Assembly (NCBI GenBank): GCA_029953675.1
Contig: JAMWBK010000004.1
Location: 496,001-560,000 of the forward strand
Source of the DNA: Rhodosorus marinus CCMP1338
Taxonomy: Eukaryota; Plantae; Rhodophyta
Direction: 5' to 3'
DNA length: 64,000 bases
A program made the translations under genes and the position numbers. Below, piece after piece: positions 1 to 12,409 of the stretch. Position 1 is the first letter of the stretch, and each line of letters opens with the position of its first letter. The notes below the pieces were generated by a model. It was given only the letters and a program-made list of their open reading frames with translations, ran no database searches and had not been told where the DNA came from.

Positions 1-1614
1 ACTGATTATGACTTAGTAAAGCTATAACTAGTATCAAGCAAAACCTGAAGTCCATCCAAAACTGTGACATAGTGCCTAACACTAGGGGACTGCAGAATCA
101 CCACAGCGAACTGTTCACTGAGAAATAGAAGCCGGGAGCTCGAATTGAGCTCTCGACCCTCAGTTTTCATGGGATATTGCCCAGCGCTGTCTTCAGATTC
201 GCGAGAGCGACATGAGCATTGATAACCAACAGTCCCGTAACCCGCGAGCTTATTCCCCTGAGTCCCTTACCAGCGCTGCTTGGATAGCCCCGCTACTAGC
301 GAGGTGATTCAGTTGGTGGTGAATGCGACGGGAAAAAAAACACGTGCGCTTCAGTAGCAACAAGTCTCTCACCACGTCAAGTTGTCTCCCTACCTTCTCG
401 AATAGGTTAAATTCCTTCCTAAAGCTACAATCGCTTGGTGGAAGTGCAAAAGGTTAAAGGTCGGGAGTGAATGAGCCCGGAGGAGGTAAAAGCTCTTTCT
501 TTGGCCTGAAACAAGAATTTGGCGGACGAAAAACGTATCATGCTGGGATTCTCTGATAATAATTCTATTCTTTCCAGTATAGCAGACCACGCGAAGTCGT
601 GCTGCCGATTCCAGGAACCGCGGATTTTTGGTGTAGCTGCATTCTTGCCGGTATTGGTCTCCAGAAAACCACAACCCCAACACGTAAGACGACAGAAGCA
701 TCCTCCCTTGAATCACTACGACTGTGGAACCAATAAATGCTGAAGGAGACGCGGAATTATTCCGATTGTTCTTGCCCATCGCGGCGGTTGAACCTCACTA
801 CCAGATTCTTTTTTTTCGTACTGATTTCGACGAATGTAGCCCTCTGGCAGCCCTGGGATGGCCCTTTCACTTTCTAAATATCCCCCACGGACTTCACACA
901 CTGCAGACGACCAGACGGCTCTCTGCGTCGGTAGGCGCAGGCGCGATGCACCCTAGTCTACCGCCCATCCGTGTGCGAGCCCGAAAATCGAACGCGAAAA
1001 TCGAACGCCACGGCATCATATTCTACGATCCCTATAAACGAAAAAACCAGATTGTTTATTTCCCAAAACAATATTCCACTCAACGCAGAGATTTAAAAGA
1101 ACAAATAAATTATATCAGAACGTTCTTCCAATCTCTAAAGTTTATTGGCTGCGGCAGACCTAACCCAATTACAAACCAGAAGTCATAAAATATATCTAAT
1201 TATTAGTGAAAGATCTATTAATAAGGGTAGAAAAATAGAAATATAATATCAGATATCAATTATTGTATTTACGAAGAAAATAAACCGAAGAGTATTTTGG
1301 CTGACACTATGTTTTTTAGAAATATTGGAATTTTGGATGAGATTTTTTTTTTGCTTAGGGTTTGCCCTGGAAGAGAGAGCACCATGATGAGGATGAGGAA
1401 GGATTGGACTGAGTTCCAGGGCATGAGACAGAAATCATATTATGGAGCAGAAGCATGTAATGAGATAGACAGTGAGTAATAGAGTTGATAAGGAGTGAAT
1501 GGTGACGTATATAGCCTATGCGTCGGATCGTGGTGTGGGGGTGGGAGATTTGGAAGGGAGTAGGTCTTTGTGGGGCCTGTAGAAAGGAAAAAGGATCCGC
1601 GCGGTGGGGGGGAT

Positions 1615-3207
1615 ATGGGGACGGTACTGATCTTGATAGCCGTACTGGCATTGTATGTGAATCGCTGCCATGGGAGTGCGGGCGTACGAGATCGTGATTT
1701 GCTGTGGCCTGAGCAAGTGTTCTTTGAGTTCGACGAGACCATTGACTTCGTCGTTGGGGTCGTGGTGCACAAGGCGATACGGAAGTTTGAGTCGGCGACT
1801 TGCAGGGAGTTCATCTACGACACGGAAAAACTGAATCGCATAAAATTTGTTCTGGACAAGGACAGGTGCTTCCAGACCAAGGTTGGTTACCGTAGTAGGG
1901 TTCACAAAGTCTATATTCATCCAGAGTGCACCGAAGAAGAAGACAGAATCGGAACCTTCACCCACCAAGTCATTCACGAGCTTGGACATGCTCTTGGACT
2001 CTACGATGAGACAAGTAGACCCGATCGAGGAGGGCACGTAAGGGTTAGGAGGTACTATGTTCGGAACCGGGCCCTCGACAGTGCGTACTTTAAGAAGCTC
2101 TCTTGGGATGAGGTCGACAACCAGGGCGTTAACTTCGATTTCAAATCCGCCATGCACTATGGAGGTAGATTTTTATCCAAGAGCAGTTCAAAGAATACTA
2201 CAGAGCCTAAACGAGCGACAGACGAGTTCCTCCTGAGCGACGAGCTTAGCAACGGCGACGTCAATACATTGCAGAGGATGTATCGGTGCAAAATGGCAAA
2301 CGAAGCAAACAATTCAATCATGCTCATTAAACTCAAGCAAGGTCACAACTTCCCCCTGATGGATAGCAGACTTAAAGGGCAACCTAAGGAGGTTAGGAAC
2401 CCCGACTCCGTTGTCGTATTAGTGGCGTTTACATGGGAGGGCGCCCCAGCCCTTCGGGAAAGTTTTGTCATCACTGACGTGAGGGATCCGGACTGGCACT
2501 CCCACAGTATCAACTTCGGAGAAGGTCGATGGGCTTACTTTACTATGGAGGTTTTAGATCAGGATCCAGGAGGTGAAAGAGAGACAATCATCTATAGACA
2601 GACCTTCGTTCCTAGCGTCCGGTCAGCTGGGCCGATGATTCTCTGCAAGACTCCGGATTCCTGCGATCAGAGCCTCGAATTTGAGCTATTTTATAAGCTG
2701 CAGACGGACTATTGTCGTACTCATACCTGTGAGCACGATGGCGTCTGTCAGAACTTCTTGAGTGGGCCTCTATGTTGGTGCGAGCGAGGGTACAGAGGGG
2801 ATCGCTGCGAGCAGAACTGGGGAAGACTGGTCGTCGAAGTTTTAGAGGCAGACAACCTCCCTGATAAAGACCCATGGCGCAACATGTCGGACCCTTACGT
2901 CGTAGTGGTGGCAGTAGATCACTTTGGAGTGCCGAAAGCAGACAAAACGAGTGTAAAGGGGGGAACTGGCCATCCTATCTGGCAGGACGAAGAGATGGAC
3001 TTTTGGTACGGCAGCTGGAAATCGATGAAGCTGACGGTGAAGGACTCGGATGGCGGCTCAGGCGATGAAACTCTCCTCGGAACGTTTGAACGCCGACTAC
3101 CAGATGCGTGGAGCACTGCGTCCGGTATGCAGGAGCTGGTTCTTGATGACTGCGCGAACGGCAACTGTGATCGGTATCTGAAGATCAAGTATGGATTTTA
3201 CTATTGA
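1615..3207 (+). CDS. Secreted astacin-like (M12A) metalloprotease with C2-like, EGF and C2 domains (530 aa)
   Basis: The in-frame ATG at 1615 gives a signal peptide (MGTVLILIAVLALYVNRCHG). Zn motif HELGHALGLYDETSRPDR, Met-turn SAMHY, EGF CRTHTCEHDGVCQNFLSGPLCWCERGYRGDRC, and C2 with NLPDKD...SDPYV...KDSD. No introns. Confidence 0.88.
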   Translation: MGTVLILIAVLALYVNRCHGSAGVRDRDLLWPEQVFFEFDETIDFVVGVVVHKAIRKFESATCREFIYDTEKLNRIKFVLDKDRCFQTKVGYRSRVHKVYIHPECTEEEDRIGTFTHQVIHELGHALGLYDETSRPDRGGHVRVRRYYVRNRALDSAYFKKLSWDEVDNQGVNFDFKSAMHYGGRFLSKSSSKNTTEPKRATDEFLLSDELSNGDVNTLQRMYRCKMANEANNSIMLIKLKQGHNFPLMDSRLKGQPKEVRNPDSVVVLVAFTWEGAPALRESFVITDVRDPDWHSHSINFGEGRWAYFTMEVLDQDPGGERETIIYRQTFVPSVRSAGPMILCKTPDSCDQSLEFELFYKLQTDYCRTHTCEHDGVCQNFLSGPLCWCERGYRGDRCEQNWGRLVVEVLEADNLPDKDPWRNMSDPYVVVVAVDHFGVPKADKTSVKGGTGHPIWQDEEMDFWYGSWKSMKLTVKDSDGGSGDETLLGTFERRLPDAWSTASGMQELVLDDCANGNCDRYLKIKYGFYY

Positions 3208-3484
3208 GAAACCCAGAGGAGCAGCCCGTTCACCCTCTCGAACCGGCCCGCAAGGGGAACCTAGTCTTTCTTATCCTCAAATTAACTCTCAAATGCAAGC
3301 GACGAGGGTTACTGAGAAATCGTGGAATCTCAAGACACTGGGGATTATTTCTCAGAAGCGTAAGCTTTCTTCTTTCTGGCTTTCTACATAAACCAAACGA
3401 TAGTTGAAGCCTAGACCGATCATCTCGAGTGCCCCTGTCGATCTCGGAGATCACTCCCACCGCATTTACGTTGGGACATCTTGT

Positions 3485-4071
3485 TCACTTGGCCGGGCAA
3501 GTGAGTCCCACTATGCACTTTGCGACGCCTGAGGTGCTATTTACTTTGCACCTGTCCGGTTGGTTTCCTTGTGGAGTGACGAGGATGTATTCCCCCTTCA
3601 CCTTCACCTGAGTCCTGGAGACAAGGCACATGTCCTTTCCACAGCAACTCTTCGGTGATTCGATTTCATCCGCGCAGATCACGTACTTCCTCTCTGCCAG
3701 CTTCTCCGTGCTCTTGATGGTGTACTTGGCGTTCCCTCGAGGAACTTTACTGCACTTCCTGAAGACGCCAAGCCTCACCTTGGACTTGATATCACCAGGG
3801 AGTTCCACCTTCACTCGAAGACAAAACCTTCCCCTTCCAGTCCTCGTCGTAGTCGTACACAGGGATCCATAACTGTTCCCCTTGGAGTCTCTCAGCTTCT
3901 GACAGAAGTGCTCAAACTCCGCCCGACTGCCCTCATCGATCCCATCTCCACAACTATGAATCTCCCCTTCATGCCTTACTGACAAATACACCCCGCTACT
4001 GAGCAACCCCTTAGCACCAAAACACTCGATCCCAAAATACAAAAAAGTATAAAATAAATCAAAGACTTCAT
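3485..4071 (-). pseudogene. Secreted Cys-rich domain protein with a 1-nt frameshift near the 5' end (pseudogene or homopolymer error)
   Basis: ATG at 4071 encodes a signal peptide MKSLIYFILFCILGSSVLVLRGCSVAG in a different frame from ORF 3485..4042. One extra base, e.g. in the G4 run near 3990, would join them. The Cys pattern matches 37452..38003 and the N-terminal domain of 53362..55077. Confidence 0.65.
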
Positions 4072-4761
4072 TGCAATTTACGTCTCTCCCCGCACCCTTT
4101 GATCATACTCAATAAAATACAATTGCATAAAATTATACCCCCCCTTGTGAAGCTGGCACAATTGCTCCAGGAGTTCCGCCTTCTGCTTGGAGACCGACCG
4201 GCTTTCTCGAGATTCGCCCAAGTCCCCTTTTTTATATCCCATCTCGACCCTTGAACAATTATTCGAAAAACTATTTGAGCATCCGGTTTTCTACTTAAGA
4301 ACTCCCAATGTTCTATAGATACGTATTTTAGGCATAAAATAGAACCTATGTTTTTTATATATTGTTTAGTGGTATAATTATTGAGCTCCCGGGGTTGACG
4401 TCAGCTTCCCTTTTCTGCCCAAATTAGAAACCCATGACGAAATAGGAAAGATTTTAGTATTTGGGAAAAATTATATTCTAATAATAGGATTTTTTTTGCA
4501 CAACCGTTGTGAATATATCGAATTAGAGTTTTTAAGGCAGTATCACCGTAGACGACGAAGCACTGGTTTGGGCATTCACCTGAAGGGGCTTGGAATTCAC
4601 CGTCCGAATAATGGTATGAAATTTTCACTTTACAGTCGAAGAAGCTAAAGGAGTAGTATACGGTATACAACTACTCCTGTTCTTGTCTATACTCTTCTAC
4701 AATCCACAGCTTACGAGCTTCTTGTGTTTGTACAGATCTACATAATCTTAGTTATAGTTGC

Positions 4762-6282
4762 TTAGGCGGCGACGTACACGGGAGCAGCCGTTGGCGCATA
4801 TGTAGGGGCCACTGTTTCGTACGCCGTCTCGTGCTCAGTAGGGTACTCGGTGGCGTCCTCAGTTGGGTACTCGGTAGGGTACTCGGTGGCGTCCTCAGTT
4901 GGGTACTCGGTGGCGTCCTCAGTTGGGTACTCGGTGGCGTCCTCAGTTGGGTACTCGGTGGAGTCCTCAGTTGGGTACTCGGTAGGGTACTCGGTGGGGT
5001 ACTCGGTGGGGTACTCGGTGGGGTACGCGGTGGGGTACGCGGTGGGGTACGCGGTGGGGTACGCGGTGGGGTACTCGGTGGGGTACGCGGTGGGGTACGC
5101 GGTGGGGTACGCGGTGGGGTACTCGGTGGGGTACTCGGTGGGGTACTCGGTGGGCTCCTGAGACGGGTACGGTGTCTCCTTGTGGTCGCACGGCTTCTCC
5201 GAGACAGTCTCATAAGGGGTAGCGGTCTCATAGGCAGTCTCGTACGGGGTCGGAGCCTCAGTCCCATACGGAGTCTCAAAGGGGGTCTCGTATGGAGTCG
5301 CTGTGTGGCTGCAAGGGGTCTCATAAGCGGTCTCGTACGGGGTGGCAGTCTCAGTCTCGTACGGAGTCTCATAGGGGGTCTCGTATGGAGTCGCTGTGTG
5401 GCTGCAAGGGGTCTCATAAGCGGTCTCGTACGGGGTGGCAGTCTCAGTCTCGTACGGAGTCTCATAGGGGGTCTCGTATGGAGTCGCTGTGTGGCTGCAA
5501 GGGGTCTCATAAGCGGTCTCGTACGGGGTGGCAGTCTCAGTCTCGTACGGAGTCTCATAGGGGGTCTCGTATGGAGTCGCTGTGTGGCTGCAAGGGGTCT
5601 CATAAGCGGTCTCGTATGGGGTCGGAGCCTCAGTCTCGTACGGGGTTCCAGTCTCATAAGCGGTCTCGTATGGGGTCGGAGCCTCAGTTTCGTACGGGGT
5701 TCCAGTTTCATAAGCGGTCTCATACGGGGTCGGAGCCTCAGTTTCGTACGGGGTTCCAGTCGCATATTCAGTCTCAGACGGTGTCGGAGCCTCAGTCTCG
5801 TACGGAGTTCCAGTCTCATAGGCCGTCTCGTAAGGTGTCGGAGCATCAGTCTCGTACGGAGTTCCAGTCTCATAGGCCGTCTCATACGGGGTCGGAGCCT
5901 CTGTATAATACGGAGTTTCAGTTTCGTACGGGGTCCAGGTCTCGTAATCGGTCTCATACGGCGTTTCCGTGGGGATTTCTGTGTGATTGCAGGGAGGCGT
6001 CAACGTTGGGTAAGCTGTAGGCGTCGGCTCCTTGTCACACGGAGTGGGAGCGACCGAGTGGCATGGACCATCGGACTTGCACGGACTATCTCCCTCAACT
6101 TCGAGGTTATTGATGATCAAGTTGTCAACGTTCTTGATGACCAGGCTGTCAACGTGAACGTTCTCAATATGCACATCCCGCTCACCATCGATCTCGACCG
6201 GTCCAGTGTATTCCGCCGGCACAGACAGGGCCGCGCCAACGAGCGCGAACAGAACCAAAACTCCAGCAGTAACCTTCATCAT
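4762..6282 (-). CDS. Secreted Pro/Thr/Tyr/Glu-rich repeat (mucin/extensin-like) protein
   Basis: Signal peptide MMKVTAGVLVLFALVGAALS, followed by tandem PYET, PTEY/PTAY and PTEDATEY repeats. This is the only frame with a signal peptide and non-repetitive ends. Confidence 0.82.
   Translation of the reverse strand: MMKVTAGVLVLFALVGAALSVPAEYTGPVEIDGERDVHIENVHVDSLVIKNVDNLIINNLEVEGDSPCKSDGPCHSVAPTPCDKEPTPTAYPTLTPPCNHTEIPTETPYETDYETWTPYETETPYYTEAPTPYETAYETGTPYETDAPTPYETAYETGTPYETEAPTPSETEYATGTPYETEAPTPYETAYETGTPYETEAPTPYETAYETGTPYETEAPTPYETAYETPCSHTATPYETPYETPYETETATPYETAYETPCSHTATPYETPYETPYETETATPYETAYETPCSHTATPYETPYETPYETETATPYETAYETPCSHTATPYETPFETPYGTEAPTPYETAYETATPYETVSEKPCDHKETPYPSQEPTEYPTEYPTEYPTAYPTAYPTAYPTEYPTAYPTAYPTAYPTAYPTEYPTEYPTEYPTEYPTEDSTEYPTEDATEYPTEDATEYPTEDATEYPTEYPTEDATEYPTEHETAYETVAPTYAPTAAPVYVAA
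4835..5960. repeat. Coding minisatellites: 12-bp, 24-bp, 54-bp and 93-bp units
   Basis: gctgcaagggg recurs at 5308, 5401, 5494 and 5587 (93-bp period). ggtggggtactc/ggtggggtacgc 12-mers run from about 4975 to 5150. Confidence 0.95.
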
Positions 6283-9200
6283 GTGCTGTCTTTCAAAACT
6301 CAATAAGTTCACTAGTACTCAATGTATTCTCTTCTCGGCTTCTCTTCTGATAATTTCTAATCCCGGTCTCCAATCCGCTCAGAGTGAAAACCTGATCCTA
6401 TTTATAACTTATTCATCAACCAAGGCGCTCGCTCTTTAGACGAACCTCGTATTCAAACAAAAAGTTGTGAAATTACACGAAATTTCCCTCCCTGACGTCC
6501 TAAACCTGCACTAGGACGATCACAACTCAACTGCTAAAATTGGCCAAGGTGCTGACAAGCCCATTGATCAGGCTATTCTCCCTCCCCAAAATTGCCCTAT
6601 GAAAAATACATTAAAAAACAATATCCCCATAAAAGTACCAAAATACAATAAAACAAATCAAGTGTTTCTAAACTTATTAACCATGCGTCTTTCTCCATTG
6701 GTCAATAGATTACTTTGCCGAATTCTATTTCGCCAGCTTACTGCTGACACCTTGAATTCAAAACATAATTGGTTATCACAATAATTGAATAATGATTTAA
6801 AATGATCTATGCCTTAATTATTGGGACTATTGGGAGATATGTATTGGTTGAGAGCAAGGTCGGCGGTTTTCCTTGAATGGCGGGCGTGGATAGTGTTGTG
6901 GCGGTGGGGCTCGCTTGGGGCCGTTTTTGTGTGATAGTCGTTCAGAAAGTGAAGGCCTTAGGTGGTAGATTTTCTTGATGAGAGAACAAGAATACTGAAT
7001 TTGAATGAGTCAATAGTGTGGCGACGGGGCTTTACTTCCTTACATGGATGACAGTGGGAGAGACTATAGATGGCAAAAAAAGCTGGGGAGGGGGGAATGG
7101 GGCGGGGATTGGGCTTTTTTTTTTCTACTATTGCAAGCGGTGCTGTCATTAGTTGAGGAACTGGGCATTCCGCTGGGGCCCCATGGATGAATTCTTGTAT
7201 TTGGAAGGAAGGGGCTGTTTGCCTCCGGCTAGAAGGCGAGTGGCAAGCATTTCGGACGTCTGCTTAGTTCTGGTCGTGATGTGAGAGGTGTTGCATGCAA
7301 TTCGTTAAGGGAATTATTGAATGAGCGCAGAGTTTTCTTATTCATCGGGATGGAAGAAAAGTGTCGTTTCCAGGGAGCTGTGAGCGTGCGTTTGAATGAT
7401 TGATTCCCTTGTGCGATGGCACTTGCGGACGTCGTCTGCCTCTGGATAAGTGGTTCCAGCAACTCCAGTCCTACTTCGGTTCTCCTTTGCGGATGGTAAG
7501 CAAAAAGTACATAAAAATAAATTCTATTTTATACAAGATGGAATCACATCCTTGATCGGGGAGCCACAAGTCCATCAGTGTATGCCGATCCCTATCCCGT
7601 TTGCTGACAAGAATCGCCCGAGACCAGGAAGTTATCAGTGGAATTTAGTGGGTAACTGCACACATGCTTAGAAAAATAATCGTAACCCAGCCTCTTCTGG
7701 CGTCTCCCTGAAACCATATTGCGCTAAGTACTCAATTTACCTCTTCTCCACCCAGTTTCAACTCGAGCCTAAGTACTCCCCCAAAACGGGGGCCAATTGC
7801 CCCACTCCAAGAACAATGTTCCCGAGCCAGACTTGAATTCATGAAGCAAACTTTCCCTACAGTCAAATTACTGTGATCAAAACGCGTCAATGCGCATCCT
7901 CTTCGCCAACCGCGAAGCTGCCACAACGTCGACGTTCCATTTTTGGGGAAACTGGCCCAGAAAATTCACGAAACCGGCACATTCATCGTACGATGCTTAC
8001 TATTTTACTGTATTAACAATATTAATATCATTTAAAAAAATTTATTAGTCAAATAAACTATACAGTGTCCATTATTACGATTGAACCTTAGAGGACAGTC
8101 TGTCCATTCTGTCTTCACGAACTGACTGGAGATGGTGAGGCTTGTTGTGAGGATAGATGTGGACTGGTGTACGATCATAGACGTAAAGGATACCTCAAAA
8201 TCTTCTCCATGAATTCTAAGGACCCCAGGATGCTTCTTTTCCCCCCTTGCCTTGAGTGTCGCTCACTGATTTGAAAAGTGTTTTGTGTGCGCACAGCCGC
8301 CGTGGGCCACTGGGTTCTGGGATGGGCGCGAGAGGTGGATTTGGCCTTCATTACCGCGAGAGATTTGACGTTTCTATGTGAAATCCTTGCGGTAGGGCTT
8401 TTTGTAACGGGCGAATCCTCGGAAGAGCCTACTTTCCGTCTTGCTCCTACAGGCGACCCCTGGAGGGGCAAGACTCCGTGGAAGGTTACGCATCTTGATT
8501 TCGTGGCCCTCGTCTAGGCCGGAGAGCTTGCGAAACGGCTCGAACCAGCACCAGAATCTGTGTGTTCCAGGATTATCTAAAGGCGTTCTAGTAACATCTA
8601 TTAGAAGATAGCGCAGGCATATTTCCTTGCTAATGGACGTCTACACCTTTGTGAGACAGTTGCGAGAGGGCAGCGAAGTCTGCTGAAGTCCATACTGAAG
8701 TTAGTTCATTATTACCCGGAGCTGATGTTTTCTCTGAAAATTTCGTGTGTGGAGCCACACTGCATACAAATACTTTTCCACTGCACTTGTGCCTTTGGGT
8801 GACTTTTGAATGCTCCGCATGTGCCAGTTGAATCCTGGGAATTGTCCTTTTTGCAGTTAACGTTTCTGTTGGAAACAGGAATCTCGACACCGACCGCCGC
8901 ACACCGCCCGCGTTGTTGATGGGAGAACAAGCCATATGCGTTTCAACTAGTTTTCAGAAGTTTCCTGGGACTGAAAACTGTTGTTAATCAATCGAAAGGC
9001 CCCGGGGAAGTAGGAACAGCGGTGGGAGAAAAGAGGAGAAGATGGGAGAATGAAAGAACTGCGTAAGTTGACAAAAGAACAAAATTCCAAGAGTTCGGTA
9101 GGAAAATTGGTGGGTTGATGACGTATTCTTATCGGAAGAGTGAACACCAGTGCGGGAGTATACCCGTGGGCTCGAATACGACAGCTACGGTATTTGCTCA

Positions 9201-10519
9201 GCGCTCGCCATGGGGATATAATCGGTTGATTCGCCATGTTCCGCTAGGAACCTGATCGTTGTACACTTTCTCACTGTACCATTGTCAACAGCACAGACTC
9301 TAGAGCCGGATAGTGGTCCCGAAAATCTTGCAGTTGGACTGCACTTTCCCTACCAATATAACCGTCTGCTCCAGAGTCATTTTGGGGATGTTGAAAGGAA
9401 AACCAATATCTCACAGCCGCCCCGCGATCACCAAAGACTCCATATTGGGTTGGAATACTCTCCTTCAATGCCTCCGATTAAACCGATCTGTAGCAGTTGT
9501 GTTCCAAACACGCTATCACCCTCCAGGATTCTGCTCTTCGAACATAGTCTTCCTGACACCCATCCATTCGAGCTCAAAGACCCATTTTCGGGGTTCGCGT
9601 GGAAACCTCCTTTTGCAATACATTTTTCAGGAAACCGAGCGTTGCAGGCCAAATCCTATTGCACAACTTGTTTTTTTATAAAGTTCCAGCTTATCGTTAG
9701 TCACGTTTCTCGACATGCCACTCTGATGGAAGACAAGGACAATAACCGGTTCATTATTAAGCATATTCAATTCTATGAGGGGTACTACTAGTTTTTAAGA
9801 ATATTCAATGAGGCATGACGTCTTCCATTTGTGGATGTTAAATTGTGAGATTTTATTAGTATCCTAACCCCTATGAAAAACATACAGTATATCCCCAAGA
9901 GTTGTTTTCAAAGTATAAAAAATTAGCTTTCGAGTTACTCCTACGAGGGGAGCGGGGGGCGGCATGGTGTCACGAGAGGGGCAAAAACTGTAAGCTCTAT
10001 TGCGCGAACTTGCACGTTCTGTTCAGCTCCAATCCAGCCTTTTCCTTAAGCAAATCTCACTATGTTTAGAAGAAATTCTATTGTCATTTTTTTGGCTTTT
10101 GCGGGAAGTTAAAAACGGGGAGGAGGGGAGGGGTTACGAATTGTCACTTCTTGGGATGCAGCACTTTGAGGAGTTCAGTGGCGGTAGAGTAGAATTCGGC
10201 CGTTTAGAGGACTGAGCGTGAGGGCGGAATGCGGAAGCGGGATCTACTCATCTAGTGCGATTGTTGTCCCTATTACGTTAATGAAGGGGGTTGATCGGCC
10301 AAAGGCTGCTAAGCGTCAACTCACCCTCTTAGGTTCGGCGTCGAACATACTTCAGAGGGCGGGATTTGTAGTAGATTCGTAAAAAGTACAGAGTGTGTAA
10401 ACCCGACCACCCCCCTGGATCGTCTGAAGAAAGGGGGAGCAAGTCATGGCTCTTCTTTCTCGGTGACCGCCTCGTATACTCCCCACTCCGGATGCCACGC
10501 CGCGTAAACTTTTTGGTAG

Positions 10520-11050
10520 CAACCTACCGCAGCGCACCACTAACTCTCTTAGTCCGCACTGCACATACCTAAACGGCTTTGTGGGGCGGTTGCCCACCGC
10601 AGCACACCACAAACCCTCCTAATCCGTTTGAACGGACCGAAACCCTGTTGACCAGGGATCTCATCTCCTGAAACAAAACTAGCGGAAACAGTGCGAGATC
10701 GGCCCGATCGCTCTCGATTGCATAAGTAGCAAGTTGAGGATTACGACTGCCCTAGGCAGTGCGCTTTCGTCTGATGCAAAGCAAATTATCAAGAACTGGA
10801 CGCAGGGCAAGGTTGGCCAAACCGAAGAAGAAAAAAGAAAATTTAGCAAGGGAGGCTGGTGGGGGGGGTAGGGGGGTAGGAAAGGGCAAGGAGGCCTTTT
10901 AGTTCCGTTCTCCAACCGATTATTTGGCATTGCCGATCTCTTCTTCGTCACCCGAAACCCTACACTACAACCGTTGCATCGATGGTTCCAAAAACAAAAT
11001 CTGCAAGGCATTCGCTATGGGATCACAACGTATTATCTGAACGGGCTGTT
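10520..11050. repeat. Diverged duplicate of 15230..15775 (upstream part of a tandem gene duplication)
   Basis: Shared collinear blocks: cgcagcgcaccactaac, gcagggcaaggtt, tcacccgaaa, atgg(t/c)tccaaaa, cattcgct. Confidence 0.75.
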
Positions 11051-11149
11051 TCACGTTGTGTGGTTTGCACCTGGGGCTTTCTCTCTTCTTCTTGGGGGTT
11101 CATTGTGCGGTCTTTGTCCTTTCGGGTTGGGCCGGGTTGGTTTTTGGCC

Positions 11150-11950
11150 GGAGTTCTGCGGTGGAAAGTTTCCTCATCATACTCTCTCGCGATGGTTGGG
11201 GTCTCTCCGAGCCCTGCTCCCTTGGGCGCGGAGCCTTACAGAAAGGAGGGCATTGACAGCAGGCGGGCCTCGAGTTTGCCTGAGCTCAGGCACTTTCTCG
11301 ACGGTGGTGGATCTGCAGGGTGTGTCTGGCACGCAAGTACGTGTCCAGTGACCAGCTTGGTCACCGCCACCGGGGATAAGGGCGCCCTACCGCAGCTCAC
11401 ATAGCGTCTCTGTGCGCTGGAATCGGGGCTGTTTGACGGCGGATGCAAATTTGATGGCGGACAACGTGGCCACGGTGGCCGCCAGACCTCACGGCAGTCA
11501 AAACCAGGGGATCAGTCAATATGCACCTGTCCCGGGACAGGCTAGAGGGCTTCTCTGAATCCCCTCGGGACAGTGCGGATTTTGTTTGTGGAAGGGGGGT
11601 TCCCAACAAGAACCCGTGCTCGGGGATTGGTGGTGACCGAGATGGTCAACCCGCGGGAGCCGGTTTGGGCGTGTGTGAAGATGTCTACCCTCGCTTGGCA
11701 GGACATTCAGCAGGTAGGTCCCATCCAACCCAGGTTAAGGGAAGTGGCCCGAGGGGGTCCTCCCTCGTACTGTTCGGTGGTGAGGCGCGGCACAACGGCA
11801 GCGCGAACAGCTGCAATGGTCCGGTTTTTCCCACCGCGGAGGAGAATGAGGGAAGCTTGGCAGCACTTTTGCAATTTCTTTGGGTGCGCAATGTGCGCCC
11901 GAAGCCCACACGATGGTAGGTCCCGTAAGTGCTGGATTTTAGGCATACCT
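11150..11950 (-). mobile_element. Possible highly degenerate CRE-like RT relic
   Basis: Minus-strand pieces PSCGLRAHI (cf. PSGLRAEHL), ASLILLRGGKNRTIA, EARLLSM (cf. AARLLGM) and SAPKGAG occur in the expected order but in broken frames. Confidence 0.3.
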
Positions 11951-11959
11951 TTGCGGAAT

Positions 11960-12409
11960 CATTGGGCTCCAAGCGCGGGGAGATTGAGGGGAACTCGGCA
12001 ACAGTAACCCCAGTCTGCATAGATGTGGTGGAATACAATGGTACTCTGTCTACTCGTTTCCAGTACTCTGTTCTTCCAGGATATTTGATCCAAACAGCCT
12101 ACTTTGGTGGACATAGGAACTGCTTACAGCAGCAAGTATTCCCGTACAAACGGGTCGAGAAGCTTCCGCAGCCTGCGGTAGCAGTGTGCCAATTCGTTGG
12201 CTTCGAGGAGTTTGATTACCGGCGGAATACGCAGAGGGTTGCTGAGGAGAAACTGCCTCAGCCCAAAGGTCAAAGTCATTAGCGAGCAATCTCCCGGATT
12301 GGGGGTTATAAATACGTTCCCACCAAAGGGTAAATATGGATGCGGTACGAAGAAGGGCCTGAGGCGCTGCCATACAGAACTCTCGTGCACGAATCCAGAG
12401 GAAAAATAA
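11960..12409 (+). pseudogene. 5'-truncated, frameshifted paralog of 16092..16709 and 26653..27264
   Basis: VCIDVVEYNGTLSTRFQYSVLPGY...HRNC...FPY in one frame, and RRNCLSPKVK...GKYGC...GLRRC in another. Small deletions at about 12218 and 12245. No signal peptide. Confidence 0.8.

Noticed and set aside
125-170. tRNA-like T-arm hairpin (gagctcgaattgagctc, gaccctcag)
   Set aside because: The loop lacks TTCRA, and no D arm or acceptor stem can be fitted.
1516-2157. 213-aa antisense ORF
   Set aside because: It lies opposite the astacin domain and has no recognisable motifs.
3955-3980. 26-nt GT-AG intron that would restore the frame of the 3.5-kb gene
   Set aside because: There is no branch point, it is far shorter than the one clear intron (81 nt), and the segment aligns as coding with a paralog.
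4835-5600. Regular repeats as a possible CRISPR array
   Set aside because: There are no unique spacers, the repeats are in-frame coding units, the context is eukaryotic, and there are no cas genes.
4752-6306. Long alternative and antisense ORFs (4831..6306 +, 4752..5957 -, 4850..5161 +, 5292..6020 +), including silk-like SVGY/AVGY repeats
   Set aside because: These are shadows of the coding minisatellite. The repeat units lack stops in several frames, and only 4762..6282 has a signal peptide and unique ends.
9250-9660. Possible decayed astacin paralog on the minus strand
   Set aside because: Only chance-level resemblance; no HExxH, RPDR or Met-turn remnants in order.
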